From positions 35,878-99,877 of the IMG/VR virus record IMGVR_UViG_3300045998_000148: a stretch of DNA of 64,000 nt. One strand, written 5' to 3'. Within the stretch, counting starts at the first letter, position 1, and every line of letters begins with the position of its first letter. Positions 29,132 through 38,827 of the stretch are shown piece by piece. The notes beneath the pieces are model-generated. The model ran no database searches. It saw nothing but the letters and a program-made list of their open reading frames with translations, and was not told where the DNA came from. A program made the position numbers and the translations under genes. Source of the stretch: a virus.

Positions 29132-29751
29132 ATTTTCGCCCGCGTCGAACTGTCGCTATCTAGATATCTCTTTTCTAGGGTAAAGTGCCGCTGCGCCATA
29201 ATGATCCGCACTTTTTCTACATCTGTCCAGCTATTTAAGTCCTGGCCGAGGTTGGCCTTCAGCATTTTGCTGTAAATCCATTTCTCGACCCGCTTTTCGA
29301 GTTGGATCAGGAAATACTTGTATATTTTGGATTTGCTGAGCGTACAGACGCCCTCTCGACTCATCGCAGCGATGGTGCGTATAAAATGGCCGTGTTCCTC
29401 CACGACCTTAATCATGTGCTTGCCCCGATGGTCGTCGGCATAGGCGTTGCACCCCTCTACTTTCGGATCGTACTCTTCGACGGTTTTGGCAATCTCGGAG
29501 ATCAGCTCCAACGCCATCTTTTTCTGGGCGGGGGTCTGCTGCGATCGCCGGACGGCAAATACCTCAAAATCCGTCTCGAACCTGAATTCCTCTAGCAGGT
29601 TGAACAGCGCCTTCGTGAAGGTGACGTGCTGGATCTCAGACAGGGCTTGCAGGGCGTAGTACAGTCTGTGCGGCAGGGTGACGCACTCCTCTACGCGGTA
29701 AATGCTCCTCGACAGGGCAAATCTTGTCTTTTTCTTTCTTTTTACAGTCAT
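28894..29751 (-). CDS. Hypothetical protein
   Basis: 285-aa ORF divergent from the replication operon. Confidence 0.55.
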   Translation of the reverse strand: MTVKRKKKTRFALSRSIYRVEECVTLPHRLYYALQALSEIQHVTFTKALFNLLEEFRFETDFEVFAVRRSQQTPAQKKMALELISEIAKTVEEYDPKVEGCNAYADDHRGKHMIKVVEEHGHFIRTIAAMSREGVCTLSKSKIYKYFLIQLEKRVEKWIYSKMLKANLGQDLNSWTDVEKVRIIMAQRHFTLEKRYLDSDSSTRAKIWIAIPRDSAKKDDKRYWGQSSEGKLEAIANAQKNEKRLQEAIQVERIRRPLQAARTAKECRPLPIETRQAPSEVTTVA

Positions 29752-29855
29752 ATTCGCAGGTGGGCGATTACTATATACTTTTATATTGTATCACTCGCTT
29801 AATTTAGTGATAAGATATTTGCAAACTCTTTTATCGCCTACAGCAATTAAACCCG

Positions 29856-30479
29856 ATGTCTCCCCGGACGATGATGGCGAAAACCGCCGCAAAAAACCAG
29901 AAGGCCGCCGCCGCCTATCAGCCACAGCCCATCGACTTGCTCGACATAAATGCCAGTCGGCGCTTTACGGCGGTCGTCCACTACAGCGACAGGATATCCA
30001 AGCTCGTCGAGTCGGGAACCAAACGAGCCGCGCTCTACCGCAGTCGGGTGACTCAATACATCATCGCCCTGCTGCTCGAACGCCGCCCTGCCGAAGAGGT
30101 CATCTGCCTCTGCGACTGTTTTATCGAAAGGCAGCGGCACGCGCTCAACCGCACGACGGCCTATGAGAATAACGAAGCCAATTATTCCGACACGATCAAG
30201 TACCTGTCGAAAATATTGGCGACGGAATTCGAGAGTCGGGTAATCGAGTTAAAGGTAGGAGAATTTTTAGATGCGCCAGCAGGAAAGAGGTCGGCGGCGG
30301 AAGCTAAAAAGCCCAAGAGAATGAAGTATTCGCGACAGCTCGCAATCGGCTACGAGCCGCCCCGCGAGGCATTGCGCCTCCCCGTGAGTCGCGGTCGCGA
30401 GGCGGGCGAGGAATACGATTGGCTGTGGGACGGCAAGGAACGCGGAGCTTGCGGTGCTAACGGACAGCTCCTCTTTTGA
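29856..30479 (+). CDS. Hypothetical protein
   Basis: First ORF of the coupled replication operon. Confidence 0.55.
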   Translation: MSPRTMMAKTAAKNQKAAAAYQPQPIDLLDINASRRFTAVVHYSDRISKLVESGTKRAALYRSRVTQYIIALLLERRPAEEVICLCDCFIERQRHALNRTTAYENNEANYSDTIKYLSKILATEFESRVIELKVGEFLDAPAGKRSAAEAKKPKRMKYSRQLAIGYEPPREALRLPVSRGREAGEEYDWLWDGKERGACGANGQLLF

Positions 30480-31033
30480 TGTTTTGCCAGCAGCGCGAGT
30501 TCAGGAGCATTCTCATCCTCGACGTGCGGACGGACGAGACTCCCGACCCGAAGCCTATCGATGCCGCCGCCATCTCGTTCGACGTTCGATACCGTACAAT
30601 TGTTTCCTGCTATTCGAGCGCGATTCGCAACGATCGCATTTTTGGGGCAACCAGCGCCAACCTGCCGAGCAGTTTGACCGATGCCTTCGCTCCCAACCTC
30701 GAAAGCTGGCTGCTGCGAAGTCTCGCCCTCAATATCGACATCGGATGCGCGGTCGCCCACGATGTTTCTTCCCTGGAGTCGTTTGTCGATCTTTCTCGCT
30801 TTGAGATTCCCCTGCTCTGTTCGATGCGCGATTTTAATTTGTTCGGCGATCGCTATAGGGGCGACCGCAATTTGCTGGAGTTGGCACTCGAACACGGCAT
30901 CGGCATTTCCCTAGCGCATCGGGCGATCCATCGGGCGCTGTTGCTGTCAGAAGTGTTTGCCCGCCGCCCCAATTTGGCCGACGACTTGAAACTGGCTTTT
31001 TTGAAATACAACCAAACCACTCATGGCAACTGA
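30476..31033 (+). CDS. DnaQ/DEDDh exonuclease-fold protein, probably inactive
   Basis: ILILDVRT, VAHDVS, LCSM, L.ELA...GI, AHRA pattern; several acidic catalytic positions substituted. Confidence 0.55.
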   Translation: MMFCQQREFRSILILDVRTDETPDPKPIDAAAISFDVRYRTIVSCYSSAIRNDRIFGATSANLPSSLTDAFAPNLESWLLRSLALNIDIGCAVAHDVSSLESFVDLSRFEIPLLCSMRDFNLFGDRYRGDRNLLELALEHGIGISLAHRAIHRALLLSEVFARRPNLADDLKLAFLKYNQTTHGN

Positions 31034-32582
31034 CGAAGCTGAAATCCTGAATTTAGAATCGCTCCGCGCACTTCGCCCCCTCCCGTCCGATCGCGCTGCC
31101 GAAGAGGTCGCCCTTTCTCAGTCGGCTCGATATTTGCGCGAGGAGGCGGACGTTCTCTGCGATGCGAAGGCGGAAGCTTTTATCCTCGCTGTCGGGATGA
31201 CCCAAGGGAGCGACGAGTCCGCGATCGCCGTCCTGAATGCCCTACACATCGACGATTTCAGCCAAGCCGCCCATCGGATTATCTACTCCGCGATTGCGGC
31301 ATCGATCGCGGCGGACGTCTCCCCGAGCTTGCAGTCGGTCGAGCTGTACCTGCGCTCCTCGAATCAGCTCGAAGCGGTCGGCGGCTACGAAGGACTGATC
31401 GCCTCGATCGCGACCGCCGCCGTCGCGTTTGAGAACTACAGCGACAGCCCGATGCAGTCGAGCATAGAGCGGACTGCCGCTCACCTCGCGGAATTGTCGG
31501 GCAAGCGCAAGCTGTTGGGCGTCCTCGAAACGAATCGCGTCGAACTGCTGCAATCGGTAGAGCGCGGCGTCAGCCTCAATCAGACGGTTCAAGACTTGGT
31601 AGAGAATTCCCTTGCCGTCCTCGGCTCCCGAGGGGGCGGCTCCGGGTCTATCTCCGACATCCATTTCGCCCAGCTCGATATTATCGAGCGAATACAGTCG
31701 GGAGAACTGCGCGAAACCTCGGTCGGGCTGACGGGATTGCCCGACTACAACGAGGCCACTTGTCTGACCTTCGGCGACATGGCCATCCTTAACGCCGAAG
31801 CGAAACAGGGAAAGACTTCCTGGCTCGTCTTCAACGCTTACAATTACGCAAGACAGGGCTACCCTACGATTATCTGGTCTGGCGAACAGCCTACCGCTCA
31901 GATCTGGTCGCGATTCCTCGCCTGCCATACGGGGATAAATCACCAAGTCCTGTCCCGCTCCAAACAATACCTCAACGAAAGCGACCTGATTAAGTTGGGC
32001 GAGTCGAGCGGCATTCTCTCGGAAATGCCCCTATTTATCGCTACTTCTACCAATGAAGCCGACTTTAATCGCGAATACGCCCAGGCGTGCAACTTCTTTG
32101 CTAGACTGGTGGATGCGGGCGCTCCGTCGAGTTGCAGCAGCGTACCGCAAATCTTGATCGTGGATTACTTGCAGCTTTTAGCTCGCAACGAATCCGCCGA
32201 GCTGGAGGAGTTCTGCAAGCGGCTTAAAAACGAGTACGCCAAGCGGCGCAACCTCCTGGTTCTCCTGCTCGCACAATCGCCCACCCTCGGCGATCGCAAG
32301 TGGCGGATGCCGGAAGCGGATGACATTTCGTACTGCAAGACGGCGAGGCAGCACGTCGATATGGTCATGGGACTCTACCGCCCGGATTACATTCCCATCG
32401 ACAATCGCGGCGATCGCTATCAGAATACCGACTTGCGCGAATGTACGACGTTTATCAAGATTACCGCCGCCCGCCACGTCCCCTTTCCCGTCTTGCTCCA
32501 GTTTCAAACGGATCTGGCAACCTGCCGCTACGGGCATATCGAACAAGAACTCAAGGTCTATCCCTATGTGGGCGGCGATTGA
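31023..32582 (+). CDS. dnaB: DnaB-like replicative helicase
   Basis: N-terminal DF...AHRIIY domain, TGLPDYN, KQGKTS Walker A, SGEQ, IVDYLQLL, LLAQ, DMVMGLYR. Confidence 0.85.
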   Translation: MATDEAEILNLESLRALRPLPSDRAAEEVALSQSARYLREEADVLCDAKAEAFILAVGMTQGSDESAIAVLNALHIDDFSQAAHRIIYSAIAASIAADVSPSLQSVELYLRSSNQLEAVGGYEGLIASIATAAVAFENYSDSPMQSSIERTAAHLAELSGKRKLLGVLETNRVELLQSVERGVSLNQTVQDLVENSLAVLGSRGGGSGSISDIHFAQLDIIERIQSGELRETSVGLTGLPDYNEATCLTFGDMAILNAEAKQGKTSWLVFNAYNYARQGYPTIIWSGEQPTAQIWSRFLACHTGINHQVLSRSKQYLNESDLIKLGESSGILSEMPLFIATSTNEADFNREYAQACNFFARLVDAGAPSSCSSVPQILIVDYLQLLARNESAELEEFCKRLKNEYAKRRNLLVLLLAQSPTLGDRKWRMPEADDISYCKTARQHVDMVMGLYRPDYIPIDNRGDRYQNTDLRECTTFIKITAARHVPFPVLLQFQTDLATCRYGHIEQELKVYPYVGGD

Positions 32583-32614
32583 AAATTTCTCTCAAACAAC
32601 CCCAAATCAAACCC

Positions 32615-33853
32615 ATGAACGAACCCGCACGCTCCCCCATCCCCGCTCAGTCGATCGCCAAGATCGCCGACTACCATCGCAACCTGCTCGCCCTGGCGAG
32701 GCAGTTGAGCGACCTCCTCTCTCCCGAAAGCACTTCCGAGCTGGCGGCTACCCTGCTCGAAGGCGTTGCTGCTGCCTTCGACCTACCCAGGAGTAACGGC
32801 GATCGCCCCTCCGCCGCCGAACCGATGGAAGCCGAAGACCTTCTCTCGGCGATCGTGGTCGCCCCTCCCGTTAAAAAACGGCTGTACTTCAACGTCGAAA
32901 ACGACGGCAATTGCGTCCTGCACTACTACGAGAACGACAAGCGGCAGTATCCCAAGCACTATCCCTATAAAGATGCGAGCTGCTGCACCCTGCGCGGCAA
33001 GCTCGTTCAAATTTACGTCCGCAAAAACGTCTTCGATAAATACAACAAATCCGGCACGGGTACGAAAAACGACATTCACTTTATCTTCGAGTACCAAGGC
33101 AGCGAGTTTGCCCTATTCAGCACCACTCACACGACCTTTAGTACCCAATTGCTCGGCGAAATTGCTAACGCCAGTGCCGAACAACTCGCGGGCATGGTTT
33201 CCGTCATGGTAATCGGAGGCGAGAATAAGGCCGTCTTTGCCCAACTCTACGATGCGGCGGGTCGCGAGATTGAACGGGATTTTACCTCGACGAAGGAAGC
33301 TCCCGATCCCCTCGCCCTCCTCGATCGCGTTAAAGAGTTGTCTTACCTGCACGTCGAAATGAAAGACGCTAAGGCTGCAATGCCGGACGATATCGGCTTT
33401 GCAAATACTCATCCCGCCGCTGCCAATCGATCCCCCGCTGCCTCGTCCGCCGCCCCTGCCGCCGCCACTACTGCCAATCGATCCCCCGCTGCCTCGTCCG
33501 CCGCCCCTGCCGCCTCGTCCGCTGCCCCCGCTGCCTCATCCGCCGCCCCTGCCGCCGCCACTACTGCCAATCGATCCCCCGCTGCCTCGTCCGCCGCCCC
33601 TGCCGCCGCCACTACTGCGACACAAACCATGCAGTACGATCTGGCGATCGCCGAAACCAATCGACTGCTCAAAGAATTAGGATGGACGCCGGAAGAGGGG
33701 CGCAAGTACCTGCTCAAGAACTACGGCAAGCGATCGCGGCAGCTCCTCGACGATGCCGAACTCTTCGATTTTATCGAGAAGCTGAAAGCGCGGCTTTACG
33801 CGCCCGAATCGAATCGCGAATTCGACGAGAATCGCGATGCCATTCCTTTCTGA
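32615..33853 (+). CDS. Hypothetical protein with Ala-rich repeat linker and cyanobacterial-type C-terminal domain (possible ssDNA-binding/recombination protein)
   Basis: LGWT.EEGR.YL...YGKRSRQLL.D.EL..F domain; acidic tail ending DAIPF as in SSB-like proteins. Confidence 0.5.
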   Translation: MNEPARSPIPAQSIAKIADYHRNLLALARQLSDLLSPESTSELAATLLEGVAAAFDLPRSNGDRPSAAEPMEAEDLLSAIVVAPPVKKRLYFNVENDGNCVLHYYENDKRQYPKHYPYKDASCCTLRGKLVQIYVRKNVFDKYNKSGTGTKNDIHFIFEYQGSEFALFSTTHTTFSTQLLGEIANASAEQLAGMVSVMVIGGENKAVFAQLYDAAGREIERDFTSTKEAPDPLALLDRVKELSYLHVEMKDAKAAMPDDIGFANTHPAAANRSPAASSAAPAAATTANRSPAASSAAPAASSAAPAASSAAPAAATTANRSPAASSAAPAAATTATQTMQYDLAIAETNRLLKELGWTPEEGRKYLLKNYGKRSRQLLDDAELFDFIEKLKARLYAPESNREFDENRDAIPF

Positions 33854-33939
33854 GCGGGATGGAACGGCGGGGGCGTCCCGTCTCGCACCCGTCGGGGAAC
33901 TCCAACCGCTCGATCCCCCCTCGCCAGCTCCCTACAATC

Positions 33940-34041
33940 GCGAGCTGGCGATCCACGAGCTAGCGATCCACGAGCTAGCGATCCACCGATCCCCAAAACC
34001 CGTGCCAGCGCGATCGCAGCTCCCACTAGCTAGCGATCCAC
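33940..34041. repeat. 15-bp repeats CGAGCTAGCGATCCA before the cassette array
   Basis: Three tandem copies plus a partial copy near 34030. Confidence 0.7.
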
Positions 34042-34090
34042 AAAATGCGATCGCTTGAGTATTTATACTCAATAGCTGGGATCTGCCCTA

Positions 34091-34186
34091 TAGCCGCGAT
34101 AATTTTATTGACGCTATACCGATTTAATCGGTATGATTGGCTAAACTGATTTATTTATCGCGGCTAAAATGCCGCTAGGGGATTGC
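34091..34186 (+). promoter_or_regulatory. Cassette upstream element A: TTGACG-N18-TATGAT, palindrome, flanking IR and RBS
   Basis: TAGCCGCGATAA...TTATCGCGGCTA inverted repeat encloses the promoter; GCCGCTAGGGG RBS block. Confidence 0.8.
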
Positions 34187-34516
34187 ATGAATTTAAAAGA
34201 CGCCTATCGGCTAGGGTACGATCGCGGCTATAGTATCGCCGATTATATGGAATTGCCCTACGATCGCGGGTTGGAGGAAGCGATCGAATATCTAGAAACT
34301 AATTTTCAAGAAATCGAAGATAACGATCGATCGTTTTCGCCATTCGAGTTTACAGCGAGAGATCTAAACAATTCTCGCGATCCTTATCGTTACTGGGAAG
34401 AATTCGATCGCGGGATAAACAACGGGTTGAGAAAAAAAATTAGAGAGATTAGATCTCAGATCCCTATAACTAAAGGACTGCTAGGGGGAGTCAGTATAGG
34501 GGAGATGTTTAAATAA
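34187..34516 (+). CDS. Cassette gene A, small acidic hypothetical protein
   Basis: ATG after the conserved RBS block. Confidence 0.75.
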   Translation: MNLKDAYRLGYDRGYSIADYMELPYDRGLEEAIEYLETNFQEIEDNDRSFSPFEFTARDLNNSRDPYRYWEEFDRGINNGLRKKIREIRSQIPITKGLLGGVSIGEMFK

Positions 34517-34539
34517 AATAAACAGATATATATAGATCG

Positions 34540-34568
34540 GCGATCGCAATGGGCGATCGCTTTTTTTT
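34540..34568 (+). terminator. Intrinsic terminator built from two HIP1 palindromes (variants at about 35561, 36443, 37214, 37984, 38879, 39353, 40006)
   Basis: GCGATCGC-AATGG-GCGATCGC-T8. Confidence 0.75.
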
Positions 34569-34573
34569 CGCTG

Positions 34574-34815
34574 GCTACAGATCGCCGCTACAGATCGCCG
34601 CTACAGATCGCCGCTACAGATCGCCGCTACAGATCGCCGCTACAGATCGCCGCTACAGATCGCCGCTACAGATCGCCGCTACAGATCGCCGCTACAGATC
34701 GCCGCGACCGCCGCTACAGATCGCCGCCACAGATCGCCGCTACAGATCGCCGCCACAGATCGCCGCTACAGATCGCCGCTACAGATCGCCGCCACAGATC
34801 GCCGCTACAGATCGC
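34574..34815. repeat. 13-bp tandem repeat GCTACAGATCGCC, about 18 units
   Basis: Directly visible. Confidence 0.95.
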
Positions 34816-34821
34816 TTTTTA

Positions 34822-34916
34822 TTGCCGCTTCTATTTTTATTGCCGCTATACCGATTTAATCGGTATAATAGGATCGAGTTTATTTATCGCGGCTAAAATG
34901 CCGCTAGGGGGTTTTT
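34822..34916 (+). promoter_or_regulatory. Cassette upstream element B: TTGCCG-N18-TATAAT
   Basis: Conserved TGCCGCTTCTATTTTT leader, TATACCGATTTAATCGGTATA palindrome, RBS block. Confidence 0.8.
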
Positions 34917-35537
34917 ATGAGTATTGATGTTACTGCCTACGATCGCGATATCGATCTATTGCAAGAGATAAAAGGATTTTACGATAGGCTAGAAAAAGAT
35001 GTAGAGCCAGCAAAACTCTATCCTGCCTATCTTCAATATTCTGATTACAGCGGTAGCCTAGTCGAGCGATCTAATGTTGAGTGTTTTTTAGAGAATTTTG
35101 GAGATGTTGAGGGGGTTACGACTGAAAGCGGCGTATATGGATATGAAGCGATCGCGATATCGGCGATCGCCTTTAGGGGCGATCGCGGCGCTGAAATACA
35201 GGAAACACTAGACGCGCTAAGCGATTACCCTTTAATTTCCGATGATCATTATACGGAATTATGCGAGGAAATTTTTTCTGTGTGTTGGGGGGAAGATGGA
35301 TATTCCGATTTTATTAGAGAACTAAAGAAAAAATTCGACCTAAGCGATACTACTGCTGAGTTTTTAGAAAAAATTCCGCTATTAGAGCTGTATTATGACG
35401 CGATCCCATCAGGAGAATATTATATAGACGAAAACCCCCAGTACATATACATTCCGATCGATCGCGCGGTTGATAATATCGATCGAGATACGCTGGCTCA
35501 TTACATTAAAGAGCAAAAAGCGAAAAAATCGATCTAA
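34917..35537 (+). CDS. Cassette gene B, acidic hypothetical protein
   Basis: D/E-rich 206 aa; SDYSGSLVERSN and L.DYPLISDD motifs. Confidence 0.8.
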   Translation: MSIDVTAYDRDIDLLQEIKGFYDRLEKDVEPAKLYPAYLQYSDYSGSLVERSNVECFLENFGDVEGVTTESGVYGYEAIAISAIAFRGDRGAEIQETLDALSDYPLISDDHYTELCEEIFSVCWGEDGYSDFIRELKKKFDLSDTTAEFLEKIPLLELYYDAIPSGEYYIDENPQYIYIPIDRAVDNIDRDTLAHYIKEQKAKKSI

Positions 35538-35594
35538 GCGCTATTCTCTATTGAGTTTTAACGATCGCCTATTATGGGCGATCGCTTTTTTTTA

Positions 35595-35911
35595 GCTACA
35601 GATCGCCGCCACAGATCGCCGCCACAGATCGCCGCCACAGATCGCCGCCACAGATCGCCGCTACAGATCGCCGCGACCGCCGCTACAGATCGCCGCCACA
35701 GATCGCCGCTACAGATCGCCGCCACAGATCGCCGCTACAGATCGCCGCTACAGATCGCCGCTACAGATCGCCGCTACAGATCGCCGCCACAGATCGCCGC
35801 GACCGCCGCTACAGATCGCCGCGACCGCCGCTACAGATCGCCGCTACAGATCGCCGCTACAGATCGCCGCTACAGATCGCCGCGATCGCCGCCACAGATC
35901 GCCGCGATCGC
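35595..35911. repeat. 13-bp tandem repeat GC(T/C)ACAGATCGCC, about 24 units including short variants
   Basis: Directly visible. Confidence 0.95.
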
Positions 35912-35919
35912 TTTTTATC

Positions 35920-36009
35920 GCCGCTTCTATTTTTATTGACTTATACCAATTAAAGGGGTATAATGGCGGCTATAAGCTAATCGCGGCTAAAATGCCGCTA
36001 GGGGAATAA
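35920..36009 (+). promoter_or_regulatory. Cassette upstream element C: TTGACT-N17-TATAAT
   Basis: Same leader; TATACC-N9-GGTATA; RBS block. Confidence 0.8.
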
Positions 36010-36423
36010 ATGCGCGGCTATAAGATTCAAGATATGTATATTCGCTTTGACGATAACAATCGCGATCGTCTGATAGTGCTAACAGCAAGGCGATTGTATA
36101 ATCATTTTATTTGTGAAGGCGATCCCGTCCTGCGCTGTTTTACAGTTTCCAATGGGACGGACTCCGGCAAAAAAGTCCTGTGGCAGTACGCATTTACTAA
36201 TACAAAACTGTCCGTAAAGGACAGTTATTCTGACAATAACAATAATAGACTACAAACGTTTGAAGTCGGTCGAGAAGGGTCTGGCCCTGAGACTTCCGTA
36301 TATTGGGCCGCGTATTTAAACGACTGCCCAATAGACTTAAACTACAGGCTAACACTGTTTAGGGATGAAGATCACACTTATTCAAATTGGGTAAATAGGC
36401 TAAAAAACAAATATCTTAATTAA
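36010..36423 (+). CDS. Cassette gene C, hypothetical protein
   Basis: ATG after the conserved RBS block. Confidence 0.75.
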   Translation: MRGYKIQDMYIRFDDNNRDRLIVLTARRLYNHFICEGDPVLRCFTVSNGTDSGKKVLWQYAFTNTKLSVKDSYSDNNNNRLQTFEVGREGSGPETSVYWAAYLNDCPIDLNYRLTLFRDEDHTYSNWVNRLKNKYLN

Positions 36424-36478
36424 CCCACTGTTCTTATGGATCGGCGATCGCCTATTATGGGCGATCGTTTTTTTATGC

Positions 36479-36547
36479 CTACAGATCGCCGCTACAGATC
36501 GCCGCGACCGCCGCTACAGATCGCCGCTACAGATCGCCGCGATCGCC
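36479..36547. repeat. 13-bp tandem repeat, about 5 units
   Basis: Directly visible. Confidence 0.9.
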
Positions 36548-36557
36548 TATTTTTTTT

Positions 36558-36649
36558 TGCCGCTTCTATTTTTATTGCCGCTATACCGATTAAAGGGGTA
36601 TAATGGCGGCTATAAACTAATCGCGGCTAAAGTGCCGCTAGGGGAAAAT
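36558..36649 (+). promoter_or_regulatory. Cassette upstream element D: TTGCCG-N18-TATAAT
   Basis: Same conserved element. Confidence 0.8.
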
Positions 36650-37186
36650 ATGATTGCAGTAGCCACCAGAAACAATCCCGCGATCTATATCGCTGACCTT
36701 GCCGCCTATAACGCGGGTATCCTGTCTGGCGAGTGGATCGACGCGGATCGAGAAGCAGACGAGATCCACCAGGATATAGTCGATCTGCTTTCCAGATCGC
36801 CCATCCAAAACGCTGAAGAGTATGCGATCCACGACTCAGAGGGGTTTTTTGGCTTAAAAATACATGACTTTGAATCGCTCGCAAAAATAGCGGAATATGG
36901 GCAAGCGATCGCCGAATTCGGGCGATCCGCCGCCGCTTTTATCGATTATCAGGGGGAATGGGATCGAGAGGCTTATCTAGACGCCTATATTGGCGAATAT
37001 GACAGCGAAGCTGATTTCTGCTATGCGCGGCTAGAGGAAACCGGAGAACTAGAGGCGATCGAAAAAGTCGCACCTAGCGCGGCTGCCTATATCGATTTTG
37101 AGGCAGTGGCTAGAGACTGGTTTCTAAGCGATTTTTGGGAAACTAAAGGCGATTCTGGCAAAATTTTAGTTTTCTATCGATGGTAG
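36650..37186 (+). CDS. ardA: Antirestriction protein ArdA (cassette gene D)
   Basis: IYIADLAAYNAGILSGEWIDA, EEYAIHDSEGF, Y.GEYDSEADF, YIDFEAVARD; highly acidic. Confidence 0.9.
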   Translation: MIAVATRNNPAIYIADLAAYNAGILSGEWIDADREADEIHQDIVDLLSRSPIQNAEEYAIHDSEGFFGLKIHDFESLAKIAEYGQAIAEFGRSAAAFIDYQGEWDREAYLDAYIGEYDSEADFCYARLEETGELEAIEKVAPSAAAYIDFEAVARDWFLSDFWETKGDSGKILVFYRW

Positions 37187-37243
37187 TAAGCAATTAGATA
37201 GAGGTTGTTCTGTAGCGATCGCCCATTGCGATCGCTTTTTTTT

Positions 37244-37421
37244 GGCTACAGATTGCCACGATCGCCACTACAGATCGCCGCTACAGATTGCCACGATCGC
37301 CACTACAGATCGCCGCTACAGATTGCCGCTACAGATCGCCGCTACAGATCGCCACTACAGATCGCCGCTACAGATTGCCGCGATCGCCGCTACAGATTGC
37401 CGGATCGCCGCCACAGATCGC
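37244..37421. repeat. Degenerate 13-bp tandem repeat, about 13 units
   Basis: Mixed GCTACAGAT(C/T)GCC units. Confidence 0.9.
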
Positions 37422-37430
37422 CTGTTTTTT

Positions 37431-37522
37431 TGCCGCTTCTATTTTTTTATTGACGCTATACCGATTTAATCGGTATAATAGGATCGAATTTATTTATCGC
37501 GGCTATGCCGCTAGGGGATTAA
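37431..37522 (+). promoter_or_regulatory. Cassette upstream element E: TTGACG-N18-TATAAT
   Basis: Near-identical to element B. Confidence 0.8.
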
Positions 37523-37963
37523 ATGCGATTAATTGAAACGCGGGTATATAGAATAGAAGAACACCCAGATAGGGAAGCGTGTTATAGGTGGATTCGCACC
37601 AACTGGGAAGATCTGACCGAACATAATGTTTGTGAGGTAGCGGACAGCATAAAAGCGCTGAGCGAGAAAATAGGCGGCACTCACAAGTATTGCATTTGCC
37701 CGCTATCCGATCCCCGTGAATACGTTATTTTTGAGGATTTTAGCCGCAAAAAACTAAACGCCTTAAACCCCTATAATTGCCCACTAACGGGGGTTTGTTG
37801 GGATATCGATTTAATTACCGGACTCAGAGAGGGAAACCCCGACAAAGTGCTGGAAGCGTTGCACCGTGAAACCGAATATCAGTATTCTGATGAGGGGCTT
37901 TTTGATATGTGCATGGCAAATGAATATGAATTTGACGAAAGCGGGGTTTTAGCAGCTCATTAG
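37523..37963 (+). CDS. Cassette gene E, conserved mobile-element protein
   Basis: MR.IET.VY.. N-terminus, CPLTGVC.D, EY..SDE...ANEYEFDESG C-terminus resemble a widespread plasmid/phage family. Confidence 0.7.
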   Translation: MRLIETRVYRIEEHPDREACYRWIRTNWEDLTEHNVCEVADSIKALSEKIGGTHKYCICPLSDPREYVIFEDFSRKKLNALNPYNCPLTGVCWDIDLITGLREGNPDKVLEALHRETEYQYSDEGLFDMCMANEYEFDESGVLAAH

Positions 37964-38046
37964 ATAGCCGTCAACTATAAAATAGGCGATCGCCTGTTAT
38001 GGGCGATCGCTTTTTTCTGCCTGCGCTTGCCGCGATCTTTTTTTTG

Positions 38047-38145
38047 GCTACAGATTGCCGGATTGCCGCCACAGGCTACAGGCTACAGGCTACAGGCTAC
38101 AGGCTACAGGCTACAGGCTACAGGCTACAGGCTAGCCGCGATCGC
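38047..38145. repeat. 7-bp GCTACAG tandem repeat (about 9 units), derived from the 13-mer
   Basis: Directly visible. Confidence 0.9.
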
Positions 38146-38155
38146 CTGTTTTTTT

Positions 38156-38230
38156 TGCCGCTTCTATTTTTGTTGACCTGTACTAATTAAAGCGGTATAA
38201 TGGCGGCTATAAACAAACTAATCGCGGGCG
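38156..38230 (+). promoter_or_regulatory. Cassette upstream element F: TTGACC-N17-TATAAT
   Basis: Same leader; downstream GGCGGCTATAA shared with C and D. Confidence 0.75.
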
Positions 38231-38254
38231 GTTGACCGCCCTTACTGTACTGTT

Positions 38255-38827
38255 ATGTCTGACAAAAAACTCACGGATCGAATCGAAAAAGCGGTTTATA
38301 CAATTGCGATCGCCGATGCCCGAATATTTTTCGAGGAATGGCAAGAGCCGTTAGATTCAGCGGCTACCGATTGGGACGCCGTTACCTGGGACTGGTCTAG
38401 CGCAGTAGTAACCGAGATCGATGAAAGCGCCGATCCCGAGATCTATTGGGATCTTTACAGTGCCACTCTAGAGGCGGAAACCAAGCGCCTTTCAAGTGAA
38501 TTTGATTCGAGATTTCAGATTAAAACGGATTTTTACGAGCTAGAGGTTATCGGCACTGAATTTGACAATCGCCATAATATTGTAATTCGCTTGCCTAAAA
38601 TTAGAATCACCTATCTCGAATCTAACAAAACCGGATTTTATAAGGAGATCTTGGCAAAACTCCGACAAATCGATCCGAACCTGTCCTATAGATTCAATCC
38701 CCTAACAGTTGATACGGCGGAAGGCGATCGGTGTATAGGATTAATTGAAACCGCCCCCATCAGTGAAAGTGAGCGCCTAGCCTATGAGCTGGCACGAGAT
38801 TGCGGCTATGACGTCATCAGCGCTTGA
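38255..38827 (+). CDS. Cassette gene F, acidic hypothetical protein
   Basis: ORF between promoter element and terminator. Confidence 0.75.
   Translation: MSDKKLTDRIEKAVYTIAIADARIFFEEWQEPLDSAATDWDAVTWDWSSAVVTEIDESADPEIYWDLYSATLEAETKRLSSEFDSRFQIKTDFYELEVIGTEFDNRHNIVIRLPKIRITYLESNKTGFYKEILAKLRQIDPNLSYRFNPLTVDTAEGDRCIGLIETAPISESERLAYELARDCGYDVISA

Noticed and set aside
34574-37421. The GCTACAGATCGCC tracts as CRISPR arrays
   Set aside because: Units are contiguous with no unique spacers and are too short
34549-38190. ORFs translating the 13-bp repeats (e.g. 34549-34896, 35574-35939, 37205-37536, 37999-38190)
   Set aside because: They are open only because the repeat lacks stops; they start in terminators and run through promoters
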